Positions 1 to 10,960 of a stretch of 35,318 nucleotides of DNA are shown piece after piece (positions within the stretch are counted from its first letter, which is position 1; the number at the start of each line of letters is the position of its first letter). A program made the translations under genes and the position numbers. Source of the DNA: Nemertoderma westbladi (lineage: Eukaryota > Animalia > Xenacoelomorpha); NCBI GenBank assembly GCA_032718475.1, contig JAUCBJ010002371.1:1-35318 (forward strand). Direction: 5' to 3'. The notes under the pieces were generated by a model. That model was not told the DNA's origin and made no database searches. It worked only from the letters and a program-made list of their open reading frames with translations.

Positions 1-24
1 TACGATCTGATAAAGTGCACTTGT

Positions 25-1038
25 ACAAATAAGTGTGCAAAAGTGCAAATTTCTTAATAAGGTCAAATTATATAGTATTGGGTTCTTTTCTTTGCAGATA
101 CTTTATTTTCATATCAATATATTGTTTGGACCATACTGAGCGCATTAGGGGATATGCGTACAAATAACCGGCCCTTATGAGGCTTCGATTGGGTAAATTA
201 ATAAAACATAAGGTTGTATAGTATAATATTCTAAAAACCAGTGTGATATTAAATGCACTTTAAATAATAAATAGAAATCAAATAACAATTGGACCACACA
301 ATTAAAAACTCGCACAATTTTGTACTTATTATATCGCTTCAAATTAATTCAACAGTGGATATTTGTGGGAAGGGGGAAGTTACAGTGTGCATTCGGGGGA
401 AGTTTGGTGAACTGCATTTATGCAGTGAATCCAAACTTCCCCATTTGATATATCATATACTTAAGACATGCTAGGGTGACGGGGAAATATTGTTACTGTC
501 ACACTTTGCTTCCATTTATCCTATCCTTTATTATTACCCCAGTCAGATAAGAGATAATAAATCAGTAAAAACTAAACTAAACTGTCTTTCATGCAAACAA
601 ATTTCTAACTAAAGACGGGTGAATGACCATGACCATGGAAATAATTTTAAATATAATTGTATATCAACTATTTGGGGAGGCTTCCAAGTTAAACCCGAAA
701 ACAATTATTTTGTTACATATATAGTAAATAACGTTGTATGTTCTTCTTCCTCTCATAATAAAATATAAATGAAATATCTCAGATAGCTATGCCCTGTAAC
801 ATTTCACAACCAAAATGTTTCAGTGTGAAAAGTGTAGGCCTACAGTACCACACTCCGCCCAAACAACCGCAAACGCATAGCCAACAAATTTAACAAAAGG
901 TTACATACATGTTGGGTTCATGACGAGATCGCATAATATAAAGTAAAAAATTAAGAGACGGGCCTGGCTCTCCTCCACTTTCTTACCCAATGGATATGTT
1001 GTTGTAATAATCTAATATTGGGGCGACTTTCTCTCGGT
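25..1038. repeat. ~1 kb non-coding segment duplicated in inverted orientation at 16280-17302
   Basis: Reverse-complement match along the whole length, with a few substitutions and small indels. ORFs 289..474(+) and 16853..17038(-) are near-identical. Confidence 0.95.
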
Positions 1039-1782
1039 GGGGATTATTATACATTTACCAAGAAATGTTAAGCATTACAGGCCAGACAAATCGTTACAGG
1101 GCGGACTCGTTTTAAATGCCAAATAAATTTTTCAACGGCGCAAAAGTGATTGTCCATGGGTCCCCATGAAATTCCTGACATCAAGAGCTTTCAGAAAATA
1201 TATTGGTTTACTATATTTTGGAGAAAAATATTTTGGAAAAATTTACACCCGTTTTGGCCAATTTTGGTGAGAATGGGCCAACAGTAGGCCTACTATGTAT
1301 GCCTTAATTGCTCAACAGGGCACAAGACTACGGTATACACCACTCTACATGGGCCCAAGTACAGTATAGTAGGGTTTGACCGGAGCTAATTTTTTTGCCG
1401 GAGCCAGGTACCGGTCCCGAGCAACAGATTAAGCTACGATCGTATTAATCAGACCCCCAGAAGAACCCTGCTGAGAAGACCGATCGCATATTTACAATTT
1501 CGGTAATGACATAATGACATTATGTCCCATAAATATACAACTTTTGGTAGTATATTTGGGATTGGCTTTGATGTTTGTAATTGTATGTAAATTGTTATAG
1601 CTTTATATAGCTAGATATAGCTTTAGGTCTGCGTACGGTAATTAAAAAAAATCGTTTTTTTCGGAGAGAGAGAATTTGACTTTTATAGGTATGGATCAGC
1701 TTAGTACAAGATTATATAAGAGTTTGTTATATATTATAATAATGAATTATTTTCTTTAGTTTTTATAATATATTTGTAGTAT

Positions 1783-1935
1783 ATGTTCGGAGGTGTGGAT
1801 ATGGATGCTGATTGCGACTCGCCGGATAATAGGGAAGAAAGTCAATCTCAATTAGAGGATTGTTATATCTGCGGGGCCAGTATCCCTACCGACGGCACCA
1901 CAACCTTATATTCTTGTAGACAAACAGACGAAACG
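1783..1935 (+). CDS. Host gene coding exon A (Plexus/GSE1-like Cys-rich repeat protein), N-terminal half of the first module
   Basis: Encodes MFGG...EDCYICGASIPTDGTTTLYSCRQTDET. Candidate acceptors are TTTCTTTAG (ends 1759) and TTTGTAG (ends 1779). Donor GTAGGA at 1936 is phase 0. It joins exon B to give CYICG...VAFFPTL...CKAC...QW. Family assignment is from motif recall. Confidence 0.75.
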
Positions 1936-2255
1936 GTAGGAGTTTGCAATATGGTTTTAGTAATGTTCATATTAATTAATGTTCATCTTCTATTTTTTAA
2001 TCTATTCTATTATGCTATTATGGATCCAGTTAAGCACCACCCTGCGCGGTATTCATAGTTTAGTAATTCATATATTTTATTTGAAAAAGGCTCTTTTACT
2101 CACTAATATTTTTAAATTTAAGTTAATTAATCTAAATTTTTTTCACTAAATTTCCACAAAATTAGTTGAAAAATGCTTTTTTTAATTAACTAATTTTTGC
2201 TTACCGTGCAGCTAGCTCACAATCTTCCCGCTGTACAGTACCTACTTGTACCAAA

Positions 2256-2325
2256 CCGGCACAGCATTATTAAGCCGGCACAGCATTCTTAACAATGCAG
2301 CTGCAATGCAGCGTGCCGATCATAG
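2256..2325 (+). mobile_element. Tiny 3'-terminal fragment of the RTE family at 18750-21485
   Basis: AAGCCGGCACAGCATTCTTAACAATGCAGCTGCAATGCAGCGTGCCGATCATAG matches 21426-21479. It is preceded by an 18-bp tandem duplication. Confidence 0.85.
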
Positions 2326-3066
2326 GCTAGGTACTTGTACACGGTAACACAGTAGGCCTAATACTGTCTGACTGTACAGTAGGCCTAGTACTGTCTGACT
2401 GTACAGTAGTATCTGAATACTGGAATTGATGATAGTGGATAGACCTGTCTCACCCTCAGATCCTACAGAATGGCTGTTAGCAGTACCGGACATTATGGTA
2501 GGCCTAAATATTGACGATCTGTACATGCTCGAAAATTGAGCATGTTGACTCGTTGGCATTTAACACTCGCTTCGCTCGTGCTAAAAACCTGCCAACTCAA
2601 AAAACTCAACCACTCGGACAGAATATTTGAATTTCGCTAAATTGAAATTGAGTGAAAAAAGCGGTGTTTTCCGCTTACTTTTTTTTATCGAATAACAGTC
2701 CTTTAATTAACTCTCGATTCTTCGATGTTCTTCCCCGATCCAGTAATAAACTGGATCGGATTTTGGATATCATGAAAATTATATATCCGGATCCGAGTTT
2801 TACACCTAATCTACAAAATGTGTTAGAATTACTGTAGAGTGAAAACACAGAAAAGTTGCCAAAAAGCTCCATAAATGTTGGACAATGTATAATTCCACTT
2901 CTACTAATCGAAATTTCATAAAATAAAGTGGGATGCCTTCAATTCTAAACAATATTGGACACCACATCTGTGCAGCATATTATAACAGTATAGTTTCGTA
3001 ATTAACTCTTGAATGCAAAAAATATAGGGAAAATGCAAATAGCTATTTGTACCTTAGTCTTACGTA

Positions 3067-3502
3067 AGTAGTAGGGGTTTGCACAGCTTTGCGACAGTTA
3101 GACCCAACTGACACCCATTGGGTGTCATATGACACCCTATTATCAGCCATAGGGTGTCATTGGCGCCAGACTGCCTGGGTGACACCTCCTAATTAGGCTA
3201 ATTAGACCCTAATTGATAGGTGGCATCAATTAATTAGTACAATTAAACCCTAATAGGTGTCTTACGACTCCTAATTAGGGTATAATTGATTATCCTAATT
3301 AATCAGACTGATTAGCGCCCTGACATACAATGGGTCATCAGTGTTGTCTAACTGTCGCAAAGAGGAGCAAAGGGTGTCATAAGTGACACCGCGGCTCTTT
3401 TATTTATTAATACTTATTTATTTGTATTTAATTTCAATTTATTTAATTGTATTTATGTTTACTTTATTTATTTGTACTTAATTTTAGATTTACCAATAAA
3501 TT
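3067..3502 (+). repeat. Left terminal inverted repeat, outer part (palindrome-rich)
   Basis: Matches the reverse complement of ~17612-18002. Contains TGACACCCATTGGGTGTCA, GGGTGTCATATGACACCC and CCTAATTAGG palindromes. Confidence 0.85.
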
Positions 3503-4479
3503 AGTTTTATTTATTTATTTTATTTATTTATTTATATTCGTACATGGCAAATAAAATATATATATATATGAATAATGCACAGTACACCAATAATGAAAGT
3601 AATGGTTATATAACCTAGCACAAAAGTCTATATTAGCGCAGATAATAATAAGCATAATATAATAAGCATATTATAACGTAGGGCGTCTCATACAATATAA
3701 AAGAAAGAAATTAAATTGTAAGTCTTTTATAGCTACACCGGCACCAACAGCCGACAACCGACTGCAGACACCGACACCAGACAACCGACAACTGTTATTA
3801 CTAACACAAATGAAACTGGAACCTGCATTCCTGACAATCGCATATTGTTTTGGTTATAATAACTTGTCACTGCAACCTGCTCCTTTCGCTTAACGTGTAT
3901 ATAGCGGGTGTCTGTTTGTAGGCTGTCTGCCTTCTGCCATCCGTAAAGCGTCTACTCCTAATTTGCTCTTGTTTATGGGTTTTATTAGCTGATAAATTAA
4001 AAAATTGCACTATAAAATCGAAAAGCACATAGTTTTTAGTAATCACAAAAATATAAATTTAAATATAGATAATGTAGGTAATAACACTAAAAATAATAAA
4101 CAAACCCAGTAACAATCAAATACATTAATATGTGATAAATATTAATTATGATTTGTTAATTTTAGTCATAACAAAGTATACAGTTCCTACTGTATGAAGT
4201 GATATTCAAATTAAAGTGTAAATAGGCCAACTTCAGCTTCACACCTACTGTTTTTACCAAGTTAACAACCAATCCTAAAAAGCAAAAATCAGGCTAAGGG
4301 CTCTAAAATACTGTAATAAAATTTCAACAACTTTCAACCACAACGACATATATTCTTGTAAAAAATACTTTTATTAAGCTTTCTGAACCTCGTATACCTT
4401 TATTTTCACTCCCTACCTTCGTTCGTTTGTGTAACAAACAACTCAGATAAGCATACTGTAAGGTTACTTTACAGAGAAG

Positions 4480-4911
4480 CAACAGTATTTATTGTAAATT
4501 AGTTACCGCGACACCCGCGGTAACTATAATTAATAATTATATTATAAAGTAATATATATATTATATTATTATAAAGTATAATTAATAATTATATTATAAA
4601 AGCCATATAATACCACTAAAATTAATAAGAGGAATGAAGATTACGACGCTTAATAAGATGAGACGTAATTCACAATATCAAGTAACTCTACTCTGGAGAA
4701 GCCTTCAACAGACATATTATCTCTGGCGAGTACATTACATAGATCCTTACATACACCAATTCGCCACAAGTTATCACTAGAAGTTCTAGAATATACCAAC
4801 ACAGACGAAACACATTTAGCATTTAGGTTAAATAAATTATCAATATTACAAACATTGGCAATGCGCCTTAGATTTAACCCAGTTCTCGTTCTATAATCAA
4901 ATTCCGTTAGA
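4480..4911 (-). mobile_element. LINE ORF2 extreme C-terminus plus AT-rich 3' UTR with terminal stem-loop
   Basis: Peptide RTRTGLNLRRI...NLWRIGVCKDL...VEGFSRVELLDIVNYVSS. Perfect 11-bp hairpin TAGTTACCGCG-ACACC-CGCGGTAACTA (4500-4526), followed by AATAAA on the minus strand. Confidence 0.65.
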
Positions 4912-6869
4912 TTAGGAACCATACTGAGGTTCACGGTAGGAACCACGCTGAGGTTCACGATAGGAACCACGCTTAGGTTCATGGTAGGAACCCCGCTGAG
5001 GATCCGGGAAGGAACCACGCCGAGGTTCCGGGTTGGAACCACGCTGAGGTTCCGGGTAGGAATCACGCTGAGGTGCATGGTAGGAACCACCCTGTGGATC
5101 AAGGAAGGAACCACGCTGAAGTTCCGAGTAACCTGTCCCGGTCCCCGGCTGATATGCTGAAGACGGAGGCTGTCTGAATCGTGAGTTACCATAGTTTGGG
5201 TTGTATGGTGTCTGTATGAGACCCGCCTGATGTGTTGGCATCGCGTTGGGTAGCCGCCACGGCGCTGGCCGCGAGTAGATCACCGGTCGAGTTGGAATGT
5301 CACCTGTGGTGGAATTATCAGGAGCACGATCACGCTCAGATTGCGGTCTTACCTTGTCGATAATAGATCGCACTAGTAGGCGAATATTGCTTTCTTTAAT
5401 GTGTTTATTGTCATATAAATGAGTAAGTAAAATGTTCGAATGATCAACATATGTGCAGTTATTCTTACTCGTTATTCCACTGATCAACTCATTTAGTTTA
5501 TCCACCTCCTTGTCTTTTCTACATAGTACCGACGATACAACTACATGACACCTCGGCCATGTTTCCTTTGCAAACTTTACTCCATTTTCTATATATTTAC
5601 ACACCTGATGGGCCGTCTCCTTGTCGAAGTCATTTGTTCCGGTTAATATAAACACAGAGTCGATGTTTTTGTGTTTGTCCGACGCGGACTTTAATACGGA
5701 TTCTATTTGAGCCGCTTTGGAGCACGGTACCATCTTGGCGTCTCGACGTATTTTTCGGGGGTATATATATTTTCTGTTGCTGTCCATCACCAGTAGGCAG
5801 CGTATATCCTCATATTTGGATGGATTTTGTGCGGTGAATGGAGGGGAGCTAGGTTGATCTGTAACTTCGGTGCTATCATGGTGCTCCAGTTCCCTTACCT
5901 CGGGTCCGGTATTCACCTTAGCCTGTTGCGAGTCTATAGGCAACTCTACTACCGATTGATTTCCATCGACCTTTGTCTCCTCTGATTGAGTCTTATTCGA
6001 CAGCAGGTCTACTTCACTAACCGTATCGTAGTTGGGTAGATCTGTTTGCGTCCCATTTGCATTTCCAGGAGTTAAGGTTAACTTACTTTGCTCCTGACTT
6101 TCTTGTTTGTTGTCCATATTATAATCGTTTGAAGTATTGTTGCCTTCTTCCAGTAAATGTACGTGATCCTGTAGTTTCGATATTATCTTCATATTGTTCC
6201 TATTGGTTTTAAGCAACTGTCCCCATTGTAGCTCCAGTGTTTTCATCCTCTGGTCTAGATCTATGTAGTTTGTAGGCTGTGTAGCAACATTGGAATGTGG
6301 ATCTGGATATGCATGTTGAGTCATCATTTCGTCGCCGCTTTCGCTGTCTGTATCCGAAACATTATTACGAGAGACTGTGACGGTGTCATTCAGCGGCACT
6401 GCGACCTCGAATTTGTTGACATAGGAGTCATCCGGACTTCCGACGCCAACATCCGTTATCAGTGGATCGTCACCACTGATGTTGACTGATCCTATAGGTA
6501 TAGGCCTATAGCAGTATAGGAAATAGGGGCTGGAGATGGGCTTGGTACCGGTAGGCGTAGGTCTAGATTTTGGTACTTTCCTGGGGCAGAGTTCCGTCTA
6601 CCAGTACCCGTAGGCCTACTTGTACATGATTCCCTAACAAAGCGTACCTGCGCGTGTTCATGTAGTCGCTGTACAAAATCGTTTCTTGAACCAGTTGTTT
6701 CCAAACCAAGTCTAGTTATAGTTAATTCGGCCTTCAGATCCGGTACAAACCATTCTTCATAATTTACAATTCCGGTATCGGTACCGGTATTGGCGGTTTC
6801 AAAAGTATCGGTATCCGATGTGCTGGTTAACTCTAATCGCGATCTTTCGCGATCCACTGTTGCTGCCAT
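4912..6869 (-). pseudogene. LINE ORF1-type protein: SAP domain, coiled coil, SGNH-like esterase and octapeptide repeats (one frameshift near 6500)
   Basis: SAP-like YEEWFVPDLKAELTITRLGLETTGSRNDFVQRL. Heptad-rich DLDQRMKTLE...LQDHVHLLE. SGNH-like blocks LLVMDSN, LTGTND and DNKH. The reading frame of the 495-aa ORF stays open upstream to ~6495. Confidence 0.75.
4915..5127. repeat. 24-bp coding minisatellite (~9 copies, GGAACCACGCTGAGGTTCxxGGTA)
   Basis: Visible tandem units that encode (Y/F)xEPQRGS-like repeats on the minus strand. Confidence 0.9.
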
Positions 6870-7019
6870 TTTAGACGGTCGTTGATAATAGCATCAGTCA
6901 GATGGAAGAGTCAGTCTTGCAGTCAGTCAGTGCTTCAAATTTTAGTTTTTTAGTTTCAGTAATCATGAACTACCGGAATTGCACTACGGCAGTACGGCAC
7001 ATTCAGATAGCAGACAGAT

Positions 7020-8149
7020 TGATCTGCTCCGTATATTAAATAATGAACTTTGTGATGCAGAGGGACGACCAGCATTGCACTAGCTCTGATGCCAGAAAAT
7101 AGCATCATCTCTATACGGTTTAACCGTGTCATTCCAACCAGGTAACACTTCATTTTTTGAACTACTGACATTTTTACCCCCAACACTAGGAAGGATATGA
7201 CACGCCTCCTCTACACTATCTAATAACTTCAAAGCATATGATTCAATATATAATAAATGCGTTGGATCTACACAAAATACATCACTGCAAATATGGCACT
7301 TTTGAAACATATCAATGTTGGATAATTTGTCATTTAAAATAGTTACAAATTAATTTGTCTGTTCAGCGTCGGCCCGTGTAAAATTATGTTTCAAAGGAAA
7401 ATTCTCTCTGTCCAATGTATTAGCTGGTGCTGATGCTGAAAATTTCATAAAAATCGGGCTGTGATTTGACAGATTTGCATCTGAATGTAAAACGCCACCT
7501 TCTATACAAGAATCAGCAATTATGTCAGAAATGAAAAAATGATCAATGGTGGAATGATATAAACGATTATCAACACAATGAGTATAAGTAGAGTCTACCG
7601 TATACAGGTCCCATAAACGATGCAGTCCTAAATATTCCAGGCAGTCCTGAACTGCCCGGACATGAACAGTACTACGTGTAAAATCAGCATTAATATCTCC
7701 AGTCCATATAATATTATTAGAATTAGCTGTATTATCGAATAATTGCTTAATGTCGGAAATTAAATTACTGTAACTTCCGGCAAAAAAGTCGCAGACTGAA
7801 AGTCAGTAGGAAAATACGTATTTAATAATAAAAATGAACAATTAGGTAATTTAACCGAAACAGCTTGCAAACATGAATTGTTTGTTTTGACAACAGATAC
7901 AAACTTTGAGATATCCTTATTCCAAAGAATACATAAACCGCCACTAGGTAAAAATGCAAAATCACAATCTGGAAAATTCTGCTTAAAAATTAAAGATCCG
8001 TGCTCCAACAAAAAATGTTCTTGTATACAAACTATTTGGCAACCGAGCAGAAGAGATTTAATAAACTCAATTTTATCTAATGCAAATCCTGTCGAGTAAA
8101 TAGAGGAAATACAAAAATTTGCTATTGTGGTGTTATTTAGGATAGCCAT
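7020..8149 (-). pseudogene. LINE ORF2 N-terminus: APE endonuclease plus linker; RT core absent
   Basis: Motifs CIQEHFL, GGLCILW, NTYFPT, GDINADF, STIDHFF and LSNHSPI, then CSDVFC..H and PGWNDTVKPYRDDAIFWH. Contains frameshifts and stops. Confidence 0.85.
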
Positions 8150-8226
8150 TTCAAAAGAGTATATTTAAAAAAATACATAAACAAATCCAATATAAATAAT
8201 TATGAAACAAAATTAAACGCCCCGAC

Positions 8227-8853
8227 TCACGACCCACAGTCGGCAACTGATCCTGCTCCGCCCCCGGTCATAATATTCACGCCCCTGACAGTTTCAGTTG
8301 AGTTAGTAGGTCTGAAGTTACCTTCCGCTGGGTGCCCCGCATCGTTGTTGGAGGAATAGCGCCACCGACGAACGCAGACACCCACAGGCCACGTTGTAGG
8401 GTTGAGGGCCGCTTCTAGGTCGTTCTGTTTAACCATAATCTTAAAACTGGCAGTGCGAGCAAACGAACTCGATTTAAGTTGCACATCCACACCTGCAATT
8501 ACAATGTTGCGGCTTGACAACCACGAAACAATATCCTCAGGCATTGTTGAATGAGTACACCTAAACATGAAGATGTCGCATGGCGCTGCTGATAGCCTGG
8601 AGCTACCAGCCCCTCCGTTGCCACCCCCAGCATTGGCGGTCCCAACCACGAACGGTTGTCGACGCCGACATCAATTTTCCACGAGCGTGTAACCCTCGTC
8701 TAACTCCACTGGGTCAGACTCGACCCGTGGTCGCTTGGCGCTACCGGACCGACCGGGTGTCGATACTGCAGTAAGCGATGGTCGTCGAGACAAATTAATT
8801 CTATTCAATGTACCGGTAGGAGCATTGGGCGGATGATTGGACTGCCCGGACAT
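8227..8853 (-). pseudogene. LINE ORF1 (RRM-type C-terminal domain), 5'-truncated and disrupted
   Basis: IFMFRCTHSTMPEDIVSWL...ASFKIMV...LNPTTWPVGVCVRRW is typical of RRM-type ORF1 of APE LINEs. It lies just upstream of the endonuclease. Confidence 0.75.
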
Positions 8854-8856
8854 TAC

Positions 8857-8955
8857 AGATTTAGAATAAATTTATATATTGGTTTCTAAATGACCTCATT
8901 GACTTTCATCTCGTTATACTTAGCCATAGGGTATACAGCTCCCTTACTGGTAACT
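8857..8955 (+). repeat. Left terminal inverted repeat, inner part (separated from the outer part by a LINE insertion)
   Basis: ...GACTTTCATCTCGTTATACTTAGCCATAGGGTATACAGCTCCCTTACTGGTAACT matches the reverse complement of ~17530-17610. Confidence 0.85.
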
Positions 8956-9128
8956 AATTACTCTTATCTATATCCAGACAGCTTTATCGTTGACCTTTGA
9001 CCCCCAATTAGCTTTAACCAAGCAACAGCTTATTAATATTAGTTGTATCCAAGCGCCCCGCCCCCCCTCTCGTGACACCTCTGATTACTAATTACTCTTA
9101 CCTATATCCAGCCGTCTGCAGTTTCATA

Positions 9129-9995
9129 GTCTGCCGCTAGAGGGCATATGATCTGAAAATTAACATCTTCTCTAACTTTGTTATTTTATTCCGAATAGGT
9201 TTAAACTCGGTAGGCATCTACTACGGCATAGGCCATATCTTTTGCGGAGACATAGAGTAGTCTGAAGTTCCCCTGTCTGCCGCTAGAGGGCGTATTATTT
9301 GAAAATTAACATCTTCTCTATCTTTGTTATTTACAATCCGCAAAACTATGAAGTTATATTGCTTAAGAGTTCTAAGGGGCGAGCCATGAGGCAAGATGTT
9401 TGAGGCTTATTTAGATATATTATTACTTAATTTTGACCCCTCAAACGGCATCTACTACGGCATAGGCCATATCTTTTGCGGAGACATAGAGTAGTCTGAA
9501 GTTCCCCTGTCTGCCGCTAGAGGGCGTATTATTTGAAAATTAACATCTTCTCTATCTTTGTTATTTACAATCTGCAAAACTATGAAGTTATATTGCTTAA
9601 GAGTTCTAAGGGGCGAGCCATGAGGCAAGATGTTTGAGGCTTATTTAGATATATTATTACTTAATTTTGACCCCCCAAACAGCATCTACTACTGCATAGG
9701 CCATATCTTTTGCAGAGTCATAGAGTAGTATGAAGTTCCCCTGTCTGCCGCTAGAGGGCGTATTATTTGAAAATGAACATCTTCTCTAGCTTTGTTATTT
9801 ACAATCCGCAAAAAATATGAAGTTATATTGCTTAAGAGTTCTAAGGGGCGAGCCATGAGGCAAGATGTTTGAGGCTTATTTAGATATATTATTACTTAAT
9901 TTTGACCCCCCAATCGATATCTATTACAATATGGGCTATATCTTTTGCAGAGTCACAGAGTATTCTGAAGTTCCCAGTCTGAACGCTAGAGGGCG
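9129..9995. repeat. 234-bp tandem array (~3.3 full units plus a partial one), each with CCGCTAGAGGGC
   Basis: GTCTG(C/A)(C/A)GCTAGAGGGC recurs at 9275, 9509, 9743 and 9977 (period 234), with a partial unit at 9129. Confidence 0.95.
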
Positions 9996-10102
9996 AAATG
10001 TCTCAAAGTGAAAACCATATGGTAGCCATGAATTGGTTACTAGGCAATAATACTGCATTTTGCAATGTTAGGCCTATTGCTGACCGAACGAAAACTGCCC
10101 CG

Positions 10103-10174
10103 GTTCATGCAGGGATCGAACCCATGACATACTGGAGTTGTGAATTCAACGCAACCACTACACCACGGTGGAAC
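10103..10174 (-). ncRNA. tRNA-derived Pol III unit (tRNA-Val(CAC)-like pseudogene or SINE head)
   Basis: A box TGGTGTAGTGG and B box GGTTCGATCCC. Ends are GTTC...GAAC, the loop is TTCACAA, and a TTTT tract lies 8 nt downstream. Stems are imperfect. Confidence 0.7.
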
Positions 10175-10960
10175 ACGTTCGTGGGGCCTTCGCGCAGCAC
10201 GAGGCCCAGTTATGAGATACAAATTATAATTGAGCGACTGTATCACAAAATCAGTATTTGAGAAATTTAACCACACCGCCAATCAATCAAAGAAAGGGGG
10301 ACAGTATGTGTTCAGCCCTTTTAATCTGCCCCCCCCCCCCCCCTTCCCACCAACCAATACATAACCGCGACATCTACCACCCACGGGCTGACGGGGCGGA
10401 AGGGTAGCACAAACTTATTTCCAATCGCACATTCAATATGCGAAGCCATGTGGTTTATAGGAATATAATAAACGCAGTACTCGTCTTCATTCAACAGACA
10501 GAGGTGGCCTTGGTGGTGAGTTGTTTGATTTCAATTCCAACACTTTTCTGGGCAGCTGGGTAGACTCTGGTAGTGGGTACCTGATCTTAGAATGCCGGTC
10601 AGCTGGTTAGTCCGCATAACTTACATTGTTGCAGTTGCCGAGTCGATGGATAGTTGGTAGGGGTGGGCCTATTGCTATTGTTGTATTGGCAGATTGGTAT
10701 GTACATCTACATCTGATTATACCAGTTGCCGGTGCCGTTGGTCATACCAATTACCAATACATAGTCTTTAATTAATATATTTAACCGTTAACAAGAGTAG
10801 AAACCGCAAACGAAGAAATTCATTTTCTGTCGTAGTTCAGTACCGGTCAGCCGGTACCGTACTGGTAGTTCTGTAGTTGGCAGTTGCTACCAGTCCGGTT
10901 CTACAGTCTGACACTGACAGTAGTAGGGCGGTACGGCGCCAACGGACCCTCTAATCTAAT

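Larger units (their letters stand above)
3503..8856 (-). mobile_element. Composite, decayed non-LTR retrotransposon insertion within the left TIR
   Basis: (TTTA)n tail at ~3505-3535. ORF1, APE and ORF2 C-terminal remnants lie on the minus strand. Candidate degenerate TSD: AGATTTACCAATAAATT (3486-3502) vs AGATTTAGAATAAATT (8857-8872). Confidence 0.75.

Noticed and set aside
289-474. 61-aa ORF present twice (also 16853-17038)
   Set aside because: It starts at TTG and has no recognisable motif. Its duplication is explained by the 1-kb inverted repeat.
1936-2058. Hydrophobic 'transmembrane' C-terminus of ORF 1783..2058
   Set aside because: It is read-through into T-rich intron after the GT donor at 1936.
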